This document shows positions 61,025-64,000 of a DNA stretch of 64,000 nt, one piece after another; the stretch's first letter is position 1; each line of letters opens with the position of its first letter. Origin of the DNA: Scyliorhinus canicula (taxonomy: Eukaryota); assembly GCF_902713615.1 (NCBI RefSeq), contig NC_052159.1:20410018-20474017 (forward strand), given 5' to 3'. The notes beneath the pieces are model-generated. The model made no database searches. It saw nothing but the letters and a program-made list of their open reading frames with translations, and was not told the DNA's origin. Position numbers and translations under genes: made by a program.

Positions 61025-61464
61025 TGAGTTGTAAGTATATTCAAGGCTGAGGAAGAAAGATTTTTAATCAGTAAATGAATCAAGGGTTACTGGGATAAGG
61101 CAGGAAAGTGGAGTTGAGGACTACCACCATTAGATCAGCCATGGTCTCATTCAATGGCAGAGCAGACTCAATGGGCCAAATGGCCTATTTCTGCCCCTTC
61201 ATCTTATGGCCTTATAGTTCCTGTAGTCTGGGTATGTTAATGGACTGGATATTCAGAATGGCTACAGCACAGAAGAAGCCCATTTGAACCTTCAAGCCCA
61301 TGCTGGTTCTTTTCAAGACCAATTTAGTAGGTCCCACTCCCCATTCTTTTCCCTGTACTCGTTCAATGACTCGGGATGGGCAATAAATGCTGGCCTACCC
61401 AGCACCACCCACACCCGTAAATGAATTTTTAAAAAATCATTTTACATACCGATTGAATCGTACC

Positions 61465-63395
61465 CCCCAATATTCTGAGCTGGACCCCAATATCCTCAGC
61501 TCATCCCCACAATATCCTCAACCCCTCCCCATTCCCAATATCCTCAGCTCGTCCCCACCCCAATATCCTCAGCTCGTCCCCACCCCAATATCCTCAGCTG
61601 CTCCCCACCCCCAATATCCTCAGCTTCTCCCCACCCCAATATCCTCACCTCCTCCCTACCCCCAATAACCTCAGCTCCTCCCCACCCCAAATATCCTCAG
61701 CTCCACCCCATTCCCAATATCCTCAGTTGCTCCCTACCCACAATATCCTCAGCTCCTCCCCACCCCCAATATCCTCAGCTCCACCCCATTCCCAATATCC
61801 TCAGTTGCTCCCTACCCCCAATAACCTCACCTCCTCCCCACCCCCAATATCCTCAGCTCCACCCCATTCCCAATATCCTCACCTCCTCCCCACCCCCAAT
61901 AACCTCAGCTCCTCCCCACCCCCAATATCCTCACCACCTCCCCATTCCCAATATCCTCAGCTCCTCCCCACCCCCAATATCCTCAGCTCCTCCCCACCCC
62001 CAATATCCTCAGCTTCTCCCCACCCCAATATCCTCACCTCCTCCCTACCCCCAATAACCTCAGCTCCTCCCCACCCCCAATATCCTCACCTCCTCCCCAC
62101 CCCCAATATCCTCAACCACTCCCCACCCCAGTATCCTCAGCTGCTCTCTACCCACAATATCCTCAGCTCCTCCCCACCCCCAATATCCTCAGCTCCACCC
62201 CATTCCCAATATCCTCAGTTGCTCCCTACCCCCAATAACCTCACCTCCTCCCCACCCCCAATATCCTCAGCTCCACCCCATTCCCAATATCCTCACCTCC
62301 TCCCCACCCCCAATAACCTCAGCTCCTCCCCACCCCCAATATCCTCACCTCCTCCCCACCCCCAATAACCTCAGCTCCTCCCCACCCCAATATCCTCACC
62401 ACCTCCCCATTCCCAATATCCTCAGCTCCTCCCCACCCCCAATATCCTCAGCTCCTCCCCACCCCCAATATCCTCAGCTCCTCCCCATCCCCAATATCCT
62501 CACCTCCTCCCCATTCCCAATATCCTCAGCTCCTCCCCATCCCCAATAACCTCAGCTCCTCCGCACCCCCAATGTCCTCACCACCTCCTCACCCCCAATA
62601 TCCTCAGCTGCTCCCCACCCCCAATATCATCACCTCCTCCTCACCCCCAATATCCTCACCTCCTCCCCACCCCCAATAACCTCAGCTCCCCCCCACCCCC
62701 AATATCCTCACCTCCTCCCCACCCCAATATCCTCAGCTCCTCCCCACCCCCAATATCCTCACCTCCTCCCCACCCCCAATATCATCACCTCCTCCCCACC
62801 CCCAATATCCTCACCACCTCCCCACCCCAATATCCTCAGCTCCTCCCCATTCCCGATAACCTCAGCTCCTCCCCACCCCCAATATCCTCAGCTGCTCCCC
62901 ACCCCAATATCCTCAGCTCCTCCCCACCCCCAATATCCTCAGCTCCTCCCCACCCCCAATATCCTCAGCTGCTCCCCGCAATATCCTCAACCCCTCCCAA
63001 TTCCCAATAACCTCACCCTCTCCCCATTCCCAATACCCTCAGCTCCTCCCCACCCCCAATATCCTCAGCTGCTCCCCGCAATATCCTCAACCCCTCCCAA
63101 TTCCCAATAACCTCACCCTCTCCCCACCCCCAATATCCTCAGCTCCTCCCCACCCCCAATAACCTCAGCTCCTCCCCACCCCCAATATCCTCAGCTCCTC
63201 CCCACCCCCAGTATCCTCAGCTCCTCCCAATTCCCAATAACCTCACCCTCTCCCCACCCCCAATATCCTCAGCTTCTCCCCACCCCCAATATCCTCAGCT
63301 CCTCCCCACCCCCAATATCCTCACCTCCTCCCCACCCCCAATATCCTCACCTCCTCCCCACCCCCAATATCCTCACCTCCTCCCCATGCCCACCA
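61465..63395. repeat. 26-bp C-rich minisatellite (aatatcctcagctcctccccaccccc)n, about 70-75 units
   Basis: Direct tandem periodicity with variant units and extreme strand skew. Confidence 0.95.
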
Positions 63396-64000
63396 AATAA
63401 CAACATATTCAAAGTCAACAATAGTCATGAGTATTGGTTTCACAATGTATCAGATGGAATTATTCACTTTCTTTTTAATTTAAAATTTTCTCTGAAAATA
63501 CATGTGAGAAGCACAATCTACTTTATAGAGATGTTAGATAAGGGAGAAAGCAGAGGATTGGGCTGATAAGGCTGGATGAAGTATGTTTGATAGAGACTAA
63601 CTGTGCTGAAGCATAAATGGCCACATAGAGGTCAAGTAACTGTTTCAGTGCTGTAAATTCTATGTAATTCCAAAGAGGGCCACCCAGTTCCTAAATACTG
63701 GGTTTTCCACTTCCATCTTCCTGATGTGTCTGGGCTGCTCACAGCTCCCCAGTGTCGGCACTCTGACTCACAACTTCCCGAAATTAGTGCCTGGTGATGA
63801 GACTCCCAGCCAGTGGCCTGAATTCCAAAAACCGGACCCCACTCAGTCTCCAATCGCACTCCTCAGAAGGAAGGTTTACTCCTAATTTGGAAATGTCACT
63901 CTGAAAAACAAGCACAGCTCAGCTCAAGAGATGGTGGATGCTTGCCCCCTACGATTGTACAACAGCCATTTGGGTGTGGAAAGCCAGCAGGAATTAAAGT

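Noticed and set aside
61645-62055. CCTCCCTACCCCC variants matching the human PRDM9-A motif
   Set aside because: PRDM9 specificity is lineage-specific, and chance matches are expected in C-rich repeats.
61387-62368. Pro/Ser-rich extensin-like ORFs
   Set aside because: Translation of the 26-bp C-rich minisatellite.
63700-63905. AP-1/ETS/STAT-like motif cluster and C/D-box-like words
   Set aside because: Short motifs expected by chance; no terminal stem or conservation evidence.

Overview
Vertebrate genomic DNA, almost certainly a shark or other elasmobranch (HE1/V-SINE, SacSINE1-like and CR1-type repeat landscape). Two intact spliced genes face each other tail to tail. GTPBP6 (HflX-family GTPase, + strand) has 10 coding exons at 1709-27012 and my splice model gives 552 aa. 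PLCXD1 (PI-PLC X-domain protein, - strand) has 6 coding exons at 42389-30598 and gives 321 aa. This is the same convergent pair as in human PAR1. All junctions are GT-AG and exon phases join without stops. The rest is mostly transposon-derived: CR1, Rex1/Babar and L1 LINEs (one full-length 5.7-kb L1 with a perfect 16-bp TSD), a Copia 3' end with PPT and LTR, solo LTRs, Harbinger-like non-autonomous elements, Penelope-derived inverted elements with minimal hammerhead-ribozyme motifs, many SINEs and two minisatellites. Most short ORFs in the supplied track are repeat artefacts. I found no new protein-coding system. The most notable pattern is a modular SINE set in which one tRNA/V-domain head carries three different 3' ends, each matching a different LINE clade in this window (CR1, Rex1/Babar, L1). 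Also notable are a palindromic hammerhead element in the first coding intron of GTPBP6 and a target site hit twice at the same nucleotide. Family names come from recalled motifs, not database searches.
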